A stretch of 64,000 nt of DNA from Tricharina praecox (GCF_024521635.1 NW_026250413.1:310001-374000); one strand, 5' to 3'; numbered from the stretch's first letter, positions 13,644-25,679 are shown. The notes: a model not told the origin generated them from the letters alone. A program made the numbers and translations.

Positions 13644-15779
13644 ATGACTCCATTACCACTACCCGACGGAATATTGTTCGTTCTGTTCATCGCTATCCTT
13701 GCACTACTCCTCCTCAAGCCCAGAATCCAACAACTAGTACGGGAAAGCCGGCCAGAAGAGAAACTTGCGCCGCAACCCGCAATCGACGATGTAGCGGCCG
13801 ACGATACTGGAGTTCACGGAACACGAGTGCAAGCCACCACTACGACAGAAACCAAACCAGATCCTTCGATCGGAGCTCACGGCGATGTATCCCATGCCCA
13901 AGCAACATGTTTCCGGATCTCTGGAATACCCTTCAACTGGGATAGCAACAGGCTCAGACAGGCATTACGGGATATCGATCCTGAACTCTATCTTCCGCCC
14001 GCCGAGCTATCTGAGCTGTTTCCAGCTTGCTGCGACACCTCGCAAGTCGCCTTGCTCACCTTGGAACGCTGTACAGCTTACTTTCAAAACTTCAAACATA
14101 ACGACGAACGCCAGAAAGTATTCGCCGAAAATGGCCGGAAGATTCGACTTGTGTTCGACAAACACTTCTACGATTTGACACCGATGAACAGACCGACTAC
14201 ACCAATCGTTGTTGAGTTAGTGCCGTCACTGTGCTGTCGTTTCAAATGCTGACCCGCGTGTCTATCTAGCGTGATAGCAATTACTGGTCTTGGAGGCCAT
14301 GCGTTTGAGTCGTGGAGGAGCCGGACCACCACTGACCGGCCTGTTGATCGCCCGATGTGGCTTCGTGATTTTTTGCCGCAGGCAATCACAGGCCTTCGAA
14401 TTATGACCTACGGCTATGATAGCAACCTGAAGAACCCTAGTGGGGCAAACCTGACCGACTATCGGCGTAACTTCATGGAGTGTCTACAAAACGCCAGAAG
14501 GGATTGTCCGGTATGTTTTGTTGAGCCCATTCTGCGATTGAATCGTGATCAGCTGAGATGCTTATGATTCTTCTGCACCACTTAGAAACGTCCAATCATC
14601 TTTTTCGGACACAACTTGGGAGGCATACTGGTCGTGCAGGTATGAGAAAAACATACGTCTGGACACTGATATCAACTATTAACGGTTATAGACTTTAATT
14701 GAATCGAGAAAACACTCCAAGCACCGTGGTATCCTCTACTGCATCCGAGGGGTATTCTTCTTCGGAACACCTCATCAAGGACTCAGGACTGTCGAATTCG
14801 ATGAGATGGCTGGCGAACTCGACGATATGGATTCCCAACGGAAGGTTCGCAATCTACTCGCCCAGTTGCGCGAAGGCTCCGAATATCTGGAGAACCAGAA
14901 AGACGACTTGAGCGAGATGTGGGGGAAATTGCGTGGAAAGGTCTTTACTTTCCACGAGACCGAAAAGACAAAGTCGGTCAAAAAGGTGGATATTTCTACC
15001 TTCTGGGATTACATCTATAAAGTTTCCCCGGGCGGCTCTTTTGGTCCTCTTTCGGTGGTCCTGTCTGAAAGCGTGTTTTGGAACCACCGAAAAGGTGGCT
15101 CAAGCTTTCAGTGGTTCTTTCGGTGGTGTCTCTGCTTCACTTCGGAGTCACACTAATCGTTCCAAAGAACCGCCAAAAATTATCAGAAGAAACACCGTCA
15201 AAGATCCTCCAGTGCATGAATGCTGACATCAATTCATCAGCTAGGATCAGGAGTCTTCGAAAGGGCGGGCAACGAGTTCCAAATGGTCCAGCGACTATCA
15301 GCTCAGCTTTACCTTCCGGGGGAATCTCGTTTTCCGATCGCCTCCAATAATATCGACATGGTGAAGTTCGATTCACCTCAGGATAGAGCTTTTCAGACTG
15401 TTGTCACAAGCATGAAGGAGTGTCTCGGTGCGTAAGCGGAATGGTATACTACTAGAATCGGCTCGATTCCAACACTAACCCTAAAAATTCCCAAGAACAA
15501 GTGGATTGCCTGCCCGGTGTAGCTGGAGAGGAAGTTTGTGTTTTAGCTGTCGACACCTTGTTAGCAGCAGGCGCAAATCATGGCTCCGTGAACTGGTGCG
15601 GCGATACACCGCTCCACCGTGCCATCTCGAATGAACACAATGCCACAGTCTGGCTGCGCATCGACCGCGGCGCCGAAGTCTCGGCCGTCAATCACAGCGG
15701 ATCGACGCCGCTGCGCCTCGCGCTCGAGAACGGACGCGACGCGGTAGACCAGCTACTTCGCGATCGAGTGCCACCGTGA
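13644..15779 (+). CDS. N-terminal hydrophobic helix + SesB/SERAC1/DUF676-like alpha/beta-hydrolase + C-terminal ankyrin repeats; exons approx. 13644-14215, 14270-14510, 14586-14639, 14692-14985, 15241-15427, 15496-15779
   Basis: Motifs DVIAITGLGGHAFESW, MWLRDFLP, RIMTYGYDS, RPIIFFGHNLGGILV, GVFFFGTPHQGL, DMVKF. Ankyrin motifs GDTPLHRA and GSTPLRLA. Splicing keeps one open frame. Confidence 0.8.
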
Positions 15780-16189
15780 ATCAACTTTCTTCCGCTTCTT
15801 CCCCAACCTCCTCCCTTTAGCTGTACTCTACTAGACTGGTTATGTTGAGGTAACTAATACCGAGTGGAGGTACCTTTTGGAGAAGAAGAGGGCTACAACG
15901 CGCCGCTACAGCGCACAACTGACAACTCGAGCCTCTTCGGAGGCTCAGTTTCAATTATTGCGACGATGAAGGGATTTGGACTGTCATTTCTGTTTCTGGG
16001 GTTGGGTGGTGGAATTTCATTGCCAAAATGCTGTATTGTAGATACCTCTACCGGCCATAACCTTAGGGTTCCATGCTGTATGAAATATCAATCAATCGAT
16101 CAATCAATTGAGCTGTGCTCCATGTATATATGTGATGAGCCTCTCGTACCTTCCAAGTGAGAAGAAAATATGTGCAGTGAGGTTGCATG

Positions 16190-16235
16190 ATGGTCGAATG
16201 CGTGTGGTGGTCGAATGCGTGTGGTAGTCGAATGC
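16190..16235. repeat. 17-bp tandem repeat with core GTCGAATGCGTGTGG, about 3 copies, upstream of the pogo ORF
   Basis: Read directly from the sequence; may be a subterminal repeat of the transposon. Confidence 0.75.
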
Positions 16236-16395
16236 CCAGACGCTAGGAGGTGAATTTAGGGATAATTGTTTTTCTTTCTTTCCTTTTTTTGTGAGTTTTC
16301 TTTTTTTTTCAGGGGAAGGCTTAGGTCTGTCGGGAACTGTAGTTATGCTCTAGATATCTCTGTAGTGGTGAGAGTCCGGCAGCAAAGCTCAGCAA

Positions 16396-18419
16396 ATGGC
16401 GAATATCAACGAGATCTTCACGGTTACTGATAGCTATGGGGTTGCACGGGATGACGGAGAGCAGGTTGCTGGGAACGATGAGGTTGCGCGGGTTGTCGGA
16501 GAATGGCAGATGGCCAGTGGGGACGACGAGGTTGAGCTGGTTGCTGGGGAGCAGGTGTCTTGGGACAATGAGCCCGCGTCAGCTTCAGGGAGCAGGTTGC
16601 CGGGGCCGATGAGGCTGCGCGGGTTGTCGGGGAGCATTGGGTTGATGGGGACGATGGGGCTGCGCGGGTTGTCGGGGTTGCTGGCGGCGGTGAGGACGCG
16701 CGGGTTGCCGATGGCGATTCGGTTGCGCGGATTCCAACCGACGACAATATCGTATCCGGCGACCCCTTGTTCAACGACGAAATTTTACCCGAATGTGATC
16801 GATTCCAAGACGGTATGGCGATGTACCGCAGTGGTCTTGTGCCTTCCAAGCAGGAGGCGGCTGTGATTTCAGAGATGAAGGTGTCTACCTTTGTACATCG
16901 AAGTCTCGGAAGACGGTCACAGGCAGACTATGGGAAATCACGCCGGCTACTACTGGAAGCGGAGGAGAAGACTTTGATCTGGCGTTGTGATATTCTACAG
17001 CGCGCTGGATTCGCGCAGAATGCGCGGGATGTCAGAGATTTGACCGAAGTACTCCTCCGAAAACGAAATCCAACAGCAACTGTCAGTCCTCGATGGATCG
17101 ACCGGTACTTTTACAAACAAAATCCTGAAGTGAAAGCGAGATGGATTCAACAACTGGATAAAATACGGGTACAGCAGGGGAATAAACACTACGCATTGGA
17201 GCAGTTCTTCGCAAATATAAGTGTCACAGGCCTTTTTTTCTATATTCTTAAGAGAAAGATAGCTGGTTGTGTAATAGATGCATAGTCTAGTCGTCGAATT
17301 CGAAGTGGCACCGAAGGATACCTATGACCTCGACGAAACCGGATTTGTGATGGGAAATGTACAGTCTCAACGGGTGTTGGATTTGATTCGACACCCTCGG
17401 AATACGAAAAGCCGTCGTCGACCAGTACCGGATCTGAAAGAGCTTCAACATTCTGCAGGCGCACGAAGTCAAGATGGCTGCCGAGACTCAGTTGCAACTG
17501 TGATTTTCTGCATCTACACTAATGGCACCTATGTTCCCTCGGCCATTATGATGAAGGGACAGGGACAGCAAGATGCGTGGTTTCAGAATCTTGCTGGAGT
17601 TCCTCGGGATGTACTATTCGGTGCATGCCGCAACGGTTGGGCGGACAACAGCAAGACTCTTGCTTGGCTAAAACACAGTTTTGGTCCCGGAAGCGCAACA
17701 GAGAAGAAGGCTGCAGGGAAGTGGCGGATGCTCATGTTTGATGGAAAAATCTCTCATGTCAACCGTGAATCTCTATCTACTTGTCTCAATTACAAAGTCC
17801 TACCTGTTTGCCTTCCTCCGCACACCACTGATTTTTCTCTACCCCTCGATGTTGCTCTTTTTGCACCACTGCAGTCCGCATATGCCAACATCCTACGGCG
17901 CCATACCGAATTTGGAGGACGAGGTGTTTGGAAAGGAAACTTCTATCACTTTCTGCACGAGGCAGGAAGACGGCATTCACACCGGAGAATATCCGCAGCG
18001 CGTTTTGGTGGACAGGTCTGGTCCCGCTAGACTTTGAAATCATCCGAAGGAAGCTCGATATTCCCAATCCGGTCATCGCGAATACCATCCAGACAACCTC
18101 ACGGCCGCTGGCCCCCCTACTCCCGCCCTCCGAATCTCCAATCCACCATTTATCCCCCACCACTGCCGCCTCCGGCACTACCGTGCCATACGCTATATCC
18201 ACTGCACCACGAGATCACCTCGGAGAATTCCATCAACTACGAGAATCGCCGCTATCATTGGACTTGCAAGGGAACAGCCTTCCCCCGGGTACGTGGACCG
18301 GGCTTCCACATGTTCTGGATCAGGTCCCGAATGCTCATATTTCCAATGAGCTAGGAGCCAAAAGGGGAGCAGCTGGTAGCAGAAAGCAGCCACCGCGAAA
18401 AAGAACGAAGAATTCCTGA
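16396..18419 (+). mobile_element. Degenerate pogo/Fot1-family (Tc1-mariner) DDE transposase
   Basis: CENP-B-type HTH region (LLLEAEEKTLIW...VSPRWIDRYF), YDLDETGF, MLMFDGKISH (family DGHxSH), LPPHTTDFSLPLDVALFAPLQ. Frameshifts near 16590 and 17960; probable intron near 17220-17285. Confidence 0.88.
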
Positions 18420-19937
18420 CGAAGGCCGAGTTTGACTGGACGTCTGATGTCGCACAGGTTGATGAGTGGTTATCTATGTACGTGGTTCGAATATATGTAC
18501 ATACCGTAGGTATTTGACTTGGTGGCGACGAAAATCAGGTGGCTTTGTATGTACATAGGCGAAGGTTCTCGTGACTCCAGTAAAAACGGGATTGGCTACT
18601 AGGCAGTGGAATAATGCGGCCGTGTCCATTAGTTATATACCTATTCAAGATTTTGAGGGCGTGAGTGAATGGTCATGACGACCGCATGGCCGGCCAGGAA
18701 TACTCTAAATCCATGATTACACGTAGGTACATAACTACCACTGTATGTATTAATGTCGAGAATGTTGAATTGAATGGTATCATGCTTGTAAAGAACACCG
18801 TGCACTGTTCGGCCTGAAAACAGCCGAATAAGAAACCGATACGGTATTCGCCCACACTCGCGCCCGCCATCCGTTAACTATCTCGGTATCATTCAACGAG
18901 TTTGTTCGCACAAGCTCTTGGTGGTGTCTTTCTCATGAACGAGTACCTACCTTAGCTACCTACCTACCTAGAGTCCTAAACGCATGAAGAAGCGCAGGAA
19001 AAGTGCAGGAACGCAACCAACCGGTGCAGGCGGCGCACCGGACAACTGCGGAAATGCCATGGCCGTCTAGACTGTATTCAGTTGGCCGCCATGTAGTGGT
19101 GACAGCGGGGTAGGGGTGAAGCCAGAGGCATCATGGTCCATCGGGCGAGCTCAGGCGAGCTCAGGTGATGGCATGCCAAAAGATCATCAACCTGCGGAAG
19201 CTAGGACAGCCACCTACAACGTTAGGAGTCAGAACAACCACGATATCCAGGGATGCCTCATTGCCTGTCGCTAGATTCGGGACTCATAGGAATAGCACTG
19301 TAAGTAAAGCCGGCCACGGCCCAGCCCAACAGCCGGAACAGCCGCTTCGCCTTCCAACTCCTCCGCCTTTCGAAAGGAAACAAGGCGAGGCTGGCAACCC
19401 GATTGGCAGACGAACGGTGAACCGTGACCTTCCGGGGCTAATCGGATCGGTTAAGACTCGGTGGAGACGGCGATACTCTACTGGGTAAAGCGAAAGCACC
19501 ACACTACACGTTCTCCCACTGGAATGGCCACAAAGTCCACATGGCATGCTGGGCTACTACCAAGAGGCCTATGATGCCGTGTGCGCAGTCACCATACGGG
19601 CACGTGCACTGGAAGAGGCCACCGGCAGACGGCACACTCTCTTAGCAGGGTCACCATCTACAAACCTGAATCATGAACGAGTACGGTAGATACAGTAGTG
19701 TACCTATATGATCACAGAGGTAGAAAATTATGGTAAACCGGAACCAAAGAAAGGCGGGACCATCATTTTGTTTGTTTCATCATCATTGCATTTGACCTTA
19801 GTAGATCATAGCACATTACATGAGTATATATACCCGCCAACTTGCAGACTGATCTAAAAGACCAAACCAACCCACCCACGAGCTGCAGCGAGATGCAGCG
19901 AAGTCAGGCCATCCTGAAGGCGAGCCACCTAGCTTCG

Positions 19938-20682
19938 GCTTCCACACCTTGAAGGGTGGCCAGCATACGGTCGTATGCACGAGCAGCTCCTCCACGCTGC
20001 ACGTGGGTCGTGACCCAACGTGGTGATTCTGGTGTCAAGGCCCATCTTGTTAGAAAGCACATTTTTGACGAATTCTGCGGTAATTGGAGTCAGGCCACGA
20101 TCGGTAGCCCCCTCCGCGACGATGACAATCGTCTTTCTCTTCCCCATCCCACGGTGCTGCAAATAAACGTCAGTAATCCACAGACTATCACTCGGGACAC
20201 GTTTCCACTAACCTTCGCGATGATTGCACACATCTCGGTTTCCCAGCCCTTAGCCGGGGGCTTCTCAGGCAAGAATACGAAGTCCGCCCCGGTACTGACA
20301 CCAGCCATCAGCGCCAACCACCCGCAGTGTCGTCCCATGACCTCGACGACGAAAGCTCGCGAGCGAGAGTAGGCGGTGGCATCGATGAAATCCACGCTCT
20401 GACAGATTCTAGTAAGAGAACTGTAGCATCCAATGGTCGCATCGGTTCCGATCATATCGTTGTCGATGCTGCCGACCAATCCAGCGATGTTGAGGTTCTG
20501 GTACGGCTCAATCTGCTCCTGCTTGAGCTCGCCATTCTTGACGAGCTCAGCCAGTAGCCCGAGCCACTCGCCGGAAGATATCCGCACCAGTGAGCGAACC
20601 GTCTCCACCACAGATGATGAGTGCATCGATCCTGTTAATGATAAGGTTTTTGGCACCCCTCAGAGGGCCATCTCGATCCTCT
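19938..20682 (-). pseudogene. PFK: Internal fragment of 6-phosphofructokinase with retained intron (20157-20212) and two frameshifts
   Basis: [94 protein letters not shown]. No start and no C-terminal half. Confidence 0.95.
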
Positions 20683-21265
20683 TCTTCTTGGCACTACCGC
20701 CGGAGCGGATAGGTCGGCTGACCATGGGGGTATCCCCCCCATCATTCCCATCTCGCCGGCCTAATTTCCGGAGAAAAATATCATGCCGCTACCGCGACTG
20801 TGTATGCCCGCAGGGGGCTGAATGGTGGGAATTGAAGGGGATGACAACCGAGGGGTTTATCGGGTGTTGATGTCGATGGTGAGGGGAGAGAGAGAGAAAG
20901 GAGAGGGGTTTGTCGGGGGTTGATGTTGATGATGAGGAGAAAGAGAGAGAGAAGGGAGGGGAGCGGAGAGAGAGGAGCCTTTTATTCGGAAGCGGGGGAC
21001 GGCCTAGTGCGGCCTGGTGCGGCCTGGTGCGGCCTGGTGCGGGCGGGGTTATGCCCACATCCCCGCATCCCCGCACACGCCGGAGAACTAGTCCACACAT
21101 GCCGAAGAAGGCAGGAAAACTCTATCATTATAGGTCTTACCTAGACGAAAAGCACTCTTCTAACGGAAGGGGACGAAACACATGTTCTCTCGGTGTGATA
21201 CTAGACATAGTTGGAACTTACATTGTACAGTACCGTATGATACAGCTGCTATCTAGAAACTATAC

Positions 21266-21340
21266 ACACCAACTTTCTCAAACACACCAACTTTCTCAAA
21301 CACACCAACTTTCTCAAACACACCAACTTTCTCAAACACA
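21266..21340. repeat. 18-bp tandem repeat CACACCAACTTTCTCAAA x4 within scaffold unit 1
   Basis: Read directly; present as a single copy near 26125 and 28020 in sister units. Confidence 0.9.
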
Positions 21341-21374
21341 CCCGGTCCGTAGGAATTGAACACATCAAGGGGCC

Positions 21375-21451
21375 TATGGTAATCGACCACAAAAAAAGCG
21401 CCCATGGTAATCGACCGCAAAAAAGCGACCATGGTAATCGACCACAAAAAA
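21375..21451. repeat. Three repeats of ATGGTAATCGACC(A/G)CAAAAAA; four related copies at ~28047-28163
   Basis: Read directly from the sequence. Confidence 0.85.
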
Positions 21452-24400
21452 GATCTGTACATACAAGACCAAAACGCACCTCCGTCGCTGTGCAAGGATA
21501 GCAATCCTTCCCGGCTGACAGGGAGATAATCACACAGGTCAAAGGAATGGTATGACACTTCTTCTCTTGACCGTCACGCCGAGCTGGATGTCCAATATGA
21601 CAAATACTAGGTATCTCGACCATCCTATTCCGGAGCTGATCGGGCCGATCAGAGGATGGCGGTATGTACTAGACTTAGATCAAGCGGAAGCGGAAGCACC
21701 AGACTGCACGGTCTCCATTATATGAACGTAGAGAAAAAAGCCAAGACCCGCGTAGATGGCCCCGGCCAGCCTAGGGACTGTTAATGTTCACGCTCGAGTT
21801 TCAGACGGGAGCTAGAGTGATCGGATGTGCGGACAAATGGAAAAACGGCTCCCGCTACTGTAGGCCTAGACATAATGCGGAGTGCGCAGTTAACACGCGG
21901 GTACTGGAAGAGGGGAACGGTGACGATATTGATGTGATTGTAAAACTGTAGAACTGGAATCTTCCCCACCACCACTACTCCGCCGACTTGAAGACTGATT
22001 CAAAAGACCAAACGCAGAACTCAAGGAATTATTATCACGGAACGCCAACTCCGGGCCCCACTCAAGAAAATCAAGGCTTCGCCCTCTATTATACACAGCA
22101 ACAAGGTCAATGAGAAGGTGATGGCTAGCTTGGCCCAATTTGGACTGCTGCAGATAGGTTGGTAACGAGTGATATCAAAAGCATTCGGCGAGTGGGCTCT
22201 TCCGCAAAACAACAGGTGTAAATTAGTACAAACAGGCTCTCTAACATTATGTATCTAGCAGCATATATTCCCACTTCCCTCCTTCTGAAGCTTTCCTCAA
22301 CATTTGAGACAGTAAAATAAGTTACAATCCTCACAAGACTAACTTCCTCTCGCTATAGTAACTAAGTCTGCCGCTCTCGCTATAGTAATCGGGTCCGCCG
22401 CTCTCGCTATAATAGCTAGATTGGGGGTTCCAAGTATGGCTTCGTCAAAGTAGGAATCCGCCGCAGCATCTTGTGGTCTTGTCGAAGGCTTTACGGTAAA
22501 GGTAAAGGTCTCTCCCAAGCCTTGAGGAACCAATCACAGAACTCATTGCCACAGAAATGGTGGACGTCGGAGTATTGCTGAATCAGGCCCATTATGAGCT
22601 CTTGTGGGAGGTGGGATAGGTTCTGGATCTCTATCTGCTGACTGATTTTCACAACACATCGCATCGTCAGCGCGGTTGTTCCAGCAAGCATCAAGTGGGA
22701 GAGGGGGGTAGTCCGCGGAAACGTACCGAGCGCATCTTCCGAGAACTGGGTTGGTTCTCGTGTGGACGATAGCTCCACAATGTGGGCACCGTAAAACTTG
22801 GTTGTATTAGCTGCATATCCCCCATCGCGTTCGGTGGTCATTGGTGCGGTGCTACATACCTGGTAACGGCCAGCAAAGGGCGGAGCAGCGGTTAGCCACT
22901 GCCGCCGCCACCAGCACCCTACTGCTCGGGGGAAATGATTCCGCCCGAACTGCGGTGTGAGGACGTTGATTTTCGTGACCCCCGCGGCCGCAGCAGCTGC
23001 GGCCGCGGCGGTGGCGGCGTATGCCCGCATGAGGCTGATTGATAGCCGCTGCGGGATGCGCATCGAAGGGTTTGTGGAGTGTCCATTTGCCTCTCGCACG
23101 ATGAGAATACCGGGAGAATGCTCCAGATCTCTCTGGGTATGGAGGATTCCAGGATGCTCCGGTCTCGCATTAAGCTTCTTGCTCAACGCTATGCGGGCGC
23201 TATGCGGGCCGTCAGCAACCAGACAGCAGATAGGGACGTAGGAAGCCGAACATTTGAAAGCGGGATTTATCAAGTGTTGATGTTGATGATGACGTATGTG
23301 ATGGGGAGAGAAAGAGAGAGAGAGGAGAGAGGAGGGCGGAGACAGGACCTATTTATTGAAAATCGGCGGGCTAGGTGCGGCCTAGTGCGGGCAGGGTTAA
23401 GCCCGCATCCCCGCACACACCGAGGAACTAGGTACCAGTACACACCAGAGTGGAAGGCAGGGCGACCACCGGCAACTACTGAGAACCTCAGCCTTCGGAA
23501 CAACCATGATATCCAGGGATGCCTTATTGCCTATCGCTGCAGTCGGGACTCAGCATCTACTAGGTATGTATGTATAAGTAATTCCGGCCACGGTGGTCCG
23601 CAACGGACTCTTCGCCGCCGTCAAAATTCAAACCCCTCAGTCTCGGAGCCTCCCGAAAGGAAACCGGGCGGGGCTGACAGCGCGATCGGCAAACGAACGG
23701 TGAACCGTAACCTTCCTACGCCGATCGGGCTGGTCAGAGACGGCGGTACTACTAGTAGATAAAGCGGAAGCCCCAGAATTCCCGGTCTCCCCATGGACGA
23801 AGAGCAAAAAACCAAGACCCGAGCAGAAGTTGAAGGCCCCCCTCGTTAGCCCCCTTAGAACTACGGTTTTGCGGACGGTTCTTTTGCCAACGCCCTCCAG
23901 GCCGGAGGCGGGATCGAGAGGAGAACACACACAGAACTTAGAAGGAACAGAGGATATGGAGGTTTATCGCCTATTCCGTAGATGATAAGAGAGAAAGAAG
24001 AAGAAGAAGGAGCAGACGACTAAGGAGCAGACGATTAAGAAGCAGACGACTAAGAAGCAGACGACTATGTAAGGAGTAGATGACTCCGCTGGACCCGCCA
24101 ACGTTGATGCTGCCTAATAAGCCATTCGCTTCCTCCCACCGACAAGTCCTTTCGCTGACAGGTCCTCCATTGCCCCGCCACAACGGTATTGACGTTCACC
24201 GGTGGATTTCTGATGGATTCTGGTGAGATCGGATATGCGGTCCCGCGGCAAAACGGCTGAAAGTCCACATGTGCTAACATAGTTACTACCAAGAGACCTG
24301 TATGATGTGGAGTGCGCAGTCACCACCCGGACCCGTGCACTAGAAGCGGCCACCAGCAGACGACACACTCTCTTATATAGCAGTTTCACCATCTACAAAC

Positions 24401-24929
24401 GAAAATCATGAACGAGTATGGTAGATACGGTAGAGTACCTACCGGAACCAAAGAAAGGCGGTACCATTGTTTTATTTGTTTCATCATCATTGCATTCGAT
24501 CTTAGTAGATCATGGAAGATTACATGAGTATATACCCGCCAACTTGGAGACTGATCTAAAAGAACAAACTCAGAACTGAAGGAATTTTATCCACCGAACA
24601 CCAACTCTCTTGCCCCCCCCCCCCCCCACCCCCTCTCACACCCGGGTTGATTTACCCGTGCCACCCTGGCCGCCCAAAGCTTCCTCGTTCCGCTGTCTGT
24701 ATGGAGCCCAATGGATTAGATCCATGTCCTTCATCGCGTTCAGTGGTAGTCGGTGCGGTGCTACATACCTGCTAACCGCCAGCAAAGGGCGGAGCAACGG
24801 TTAGTAACCACCGCCGCCGCCACCGGAACCCTACTACGCGGGGGGAAATAATCCCGCCCGAACGGTTCGGTCATGGTGATGTGCGCAACCTCCGCGGCGG
24901 TGGCGGCGTATGCCCGCTTGGGGCTGGGT

Positions 24930-25120
24930 TCTTTGAGGGCGAAGTGGAACTCGGCCTCGTTTTCGACGTAGCTGAGCTTCTCGAGGTCAAGGTTTGTGGC
25001 ATCCTCGGACGACAACTTCTTGGGCACGGAGCCCTCGCTGTTGAAGAGCTCCTCGAGGAGGTTGGGGGAGATGGAGAGGTAGTCGCATCCGGAGAGCTCA
25101 GTGATCTCGCCAACGTCGCG
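24930..25120 (-). pseudogene. TAL1: Fragment of transaldolase (C-terminal third)
   Basis: Hand translation: [64 protein letters not shown], matching the transaldolase FRNxGEIxELAGCDYLTISPxLLEEL region. Confidence 0.92.
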
Positions 25121-25145
25121 GATGTCCCTGGGAAATTCCTAGGCA

Positions 25146-25441
25146 TGACTGTTCGAATGCTTCCTCGTCGGCAAGAGGGAAATCGTCGACTCGTTCGACT
25201 TTAGCGATGAGGTAATCATCCCGGTAGCCCCACTTCTTGATCCTAAACTTGGATCGCCGACCGTCCAGATATGGCTGTGACCGTCTGCATAAACTTGTAT
25301 GGAATCGATCTGCAGCATCGTTCCATACTCCATGAATGGAGTCCCCTCCGCGTCTCCTACCCCGTTGCTAACGAAGTTCGGAAGCACCATTCCGAACTGT
25401 TGAATCAGCAATCGATATCGAGCCTCGAATATGAAAAGCAT
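25146..25441 (-). pseudogene. Fragment of a LON substrate-binding (PUA-like) domain of fungal LON/RING-finger proteins; one frameshift, probable internal deletion
   Basis: LFIFEARYRLLI, FGMVLPN, PFMEYGTMLQI, YADGHSHIWTVG, then in a shifted frame SKFRIKKWGYRDDYLIAKVERVDDFPLADEEAFE (family LHIFEPRYRLM...DGRSLI.TVG.SRFR...DGY). Confidence 0.85.
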
Positions 25442-25679
25442 GGTCGTCGGTGCGGTGCTACATACCTGATAACTTTACAGTTACCGTCAGCAGAGGGCGC
25501 AGGAAAGATTGGTTGATAGTATCGTAGTCGAAATGATTCCGCCGATGTGTGTGAAACACATCATCGGTTCGCGGTGGCCTAGGCGACGGCGACGGCGGCT
25601 TATGCCCGCATGGGGCTGGTTGTTGGGTTGATTGAATGGATTGCTCCGAGGGGCTTGTTGAGTGTTGAAGTTGAAGTTG

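Noticed and set aside
16150-18900. Terminal inverted repeats for the pogo element
   Set aside because: No reverse-complement match to the left-hand GTCGAATGC repeats could be seen on the right side, so element ends are left undefined.
19021-19070. Hairpin CCGGTGC-AGGCGGC-GCACCGG followed by CTAG as a Helitron 3' end
   Set aside because: CTAG is ~25 nt away, farther than usual, on the strand opposite to the cargo, and the motif is not repeated in the other units. Not enough to assign the array to Helitrons.
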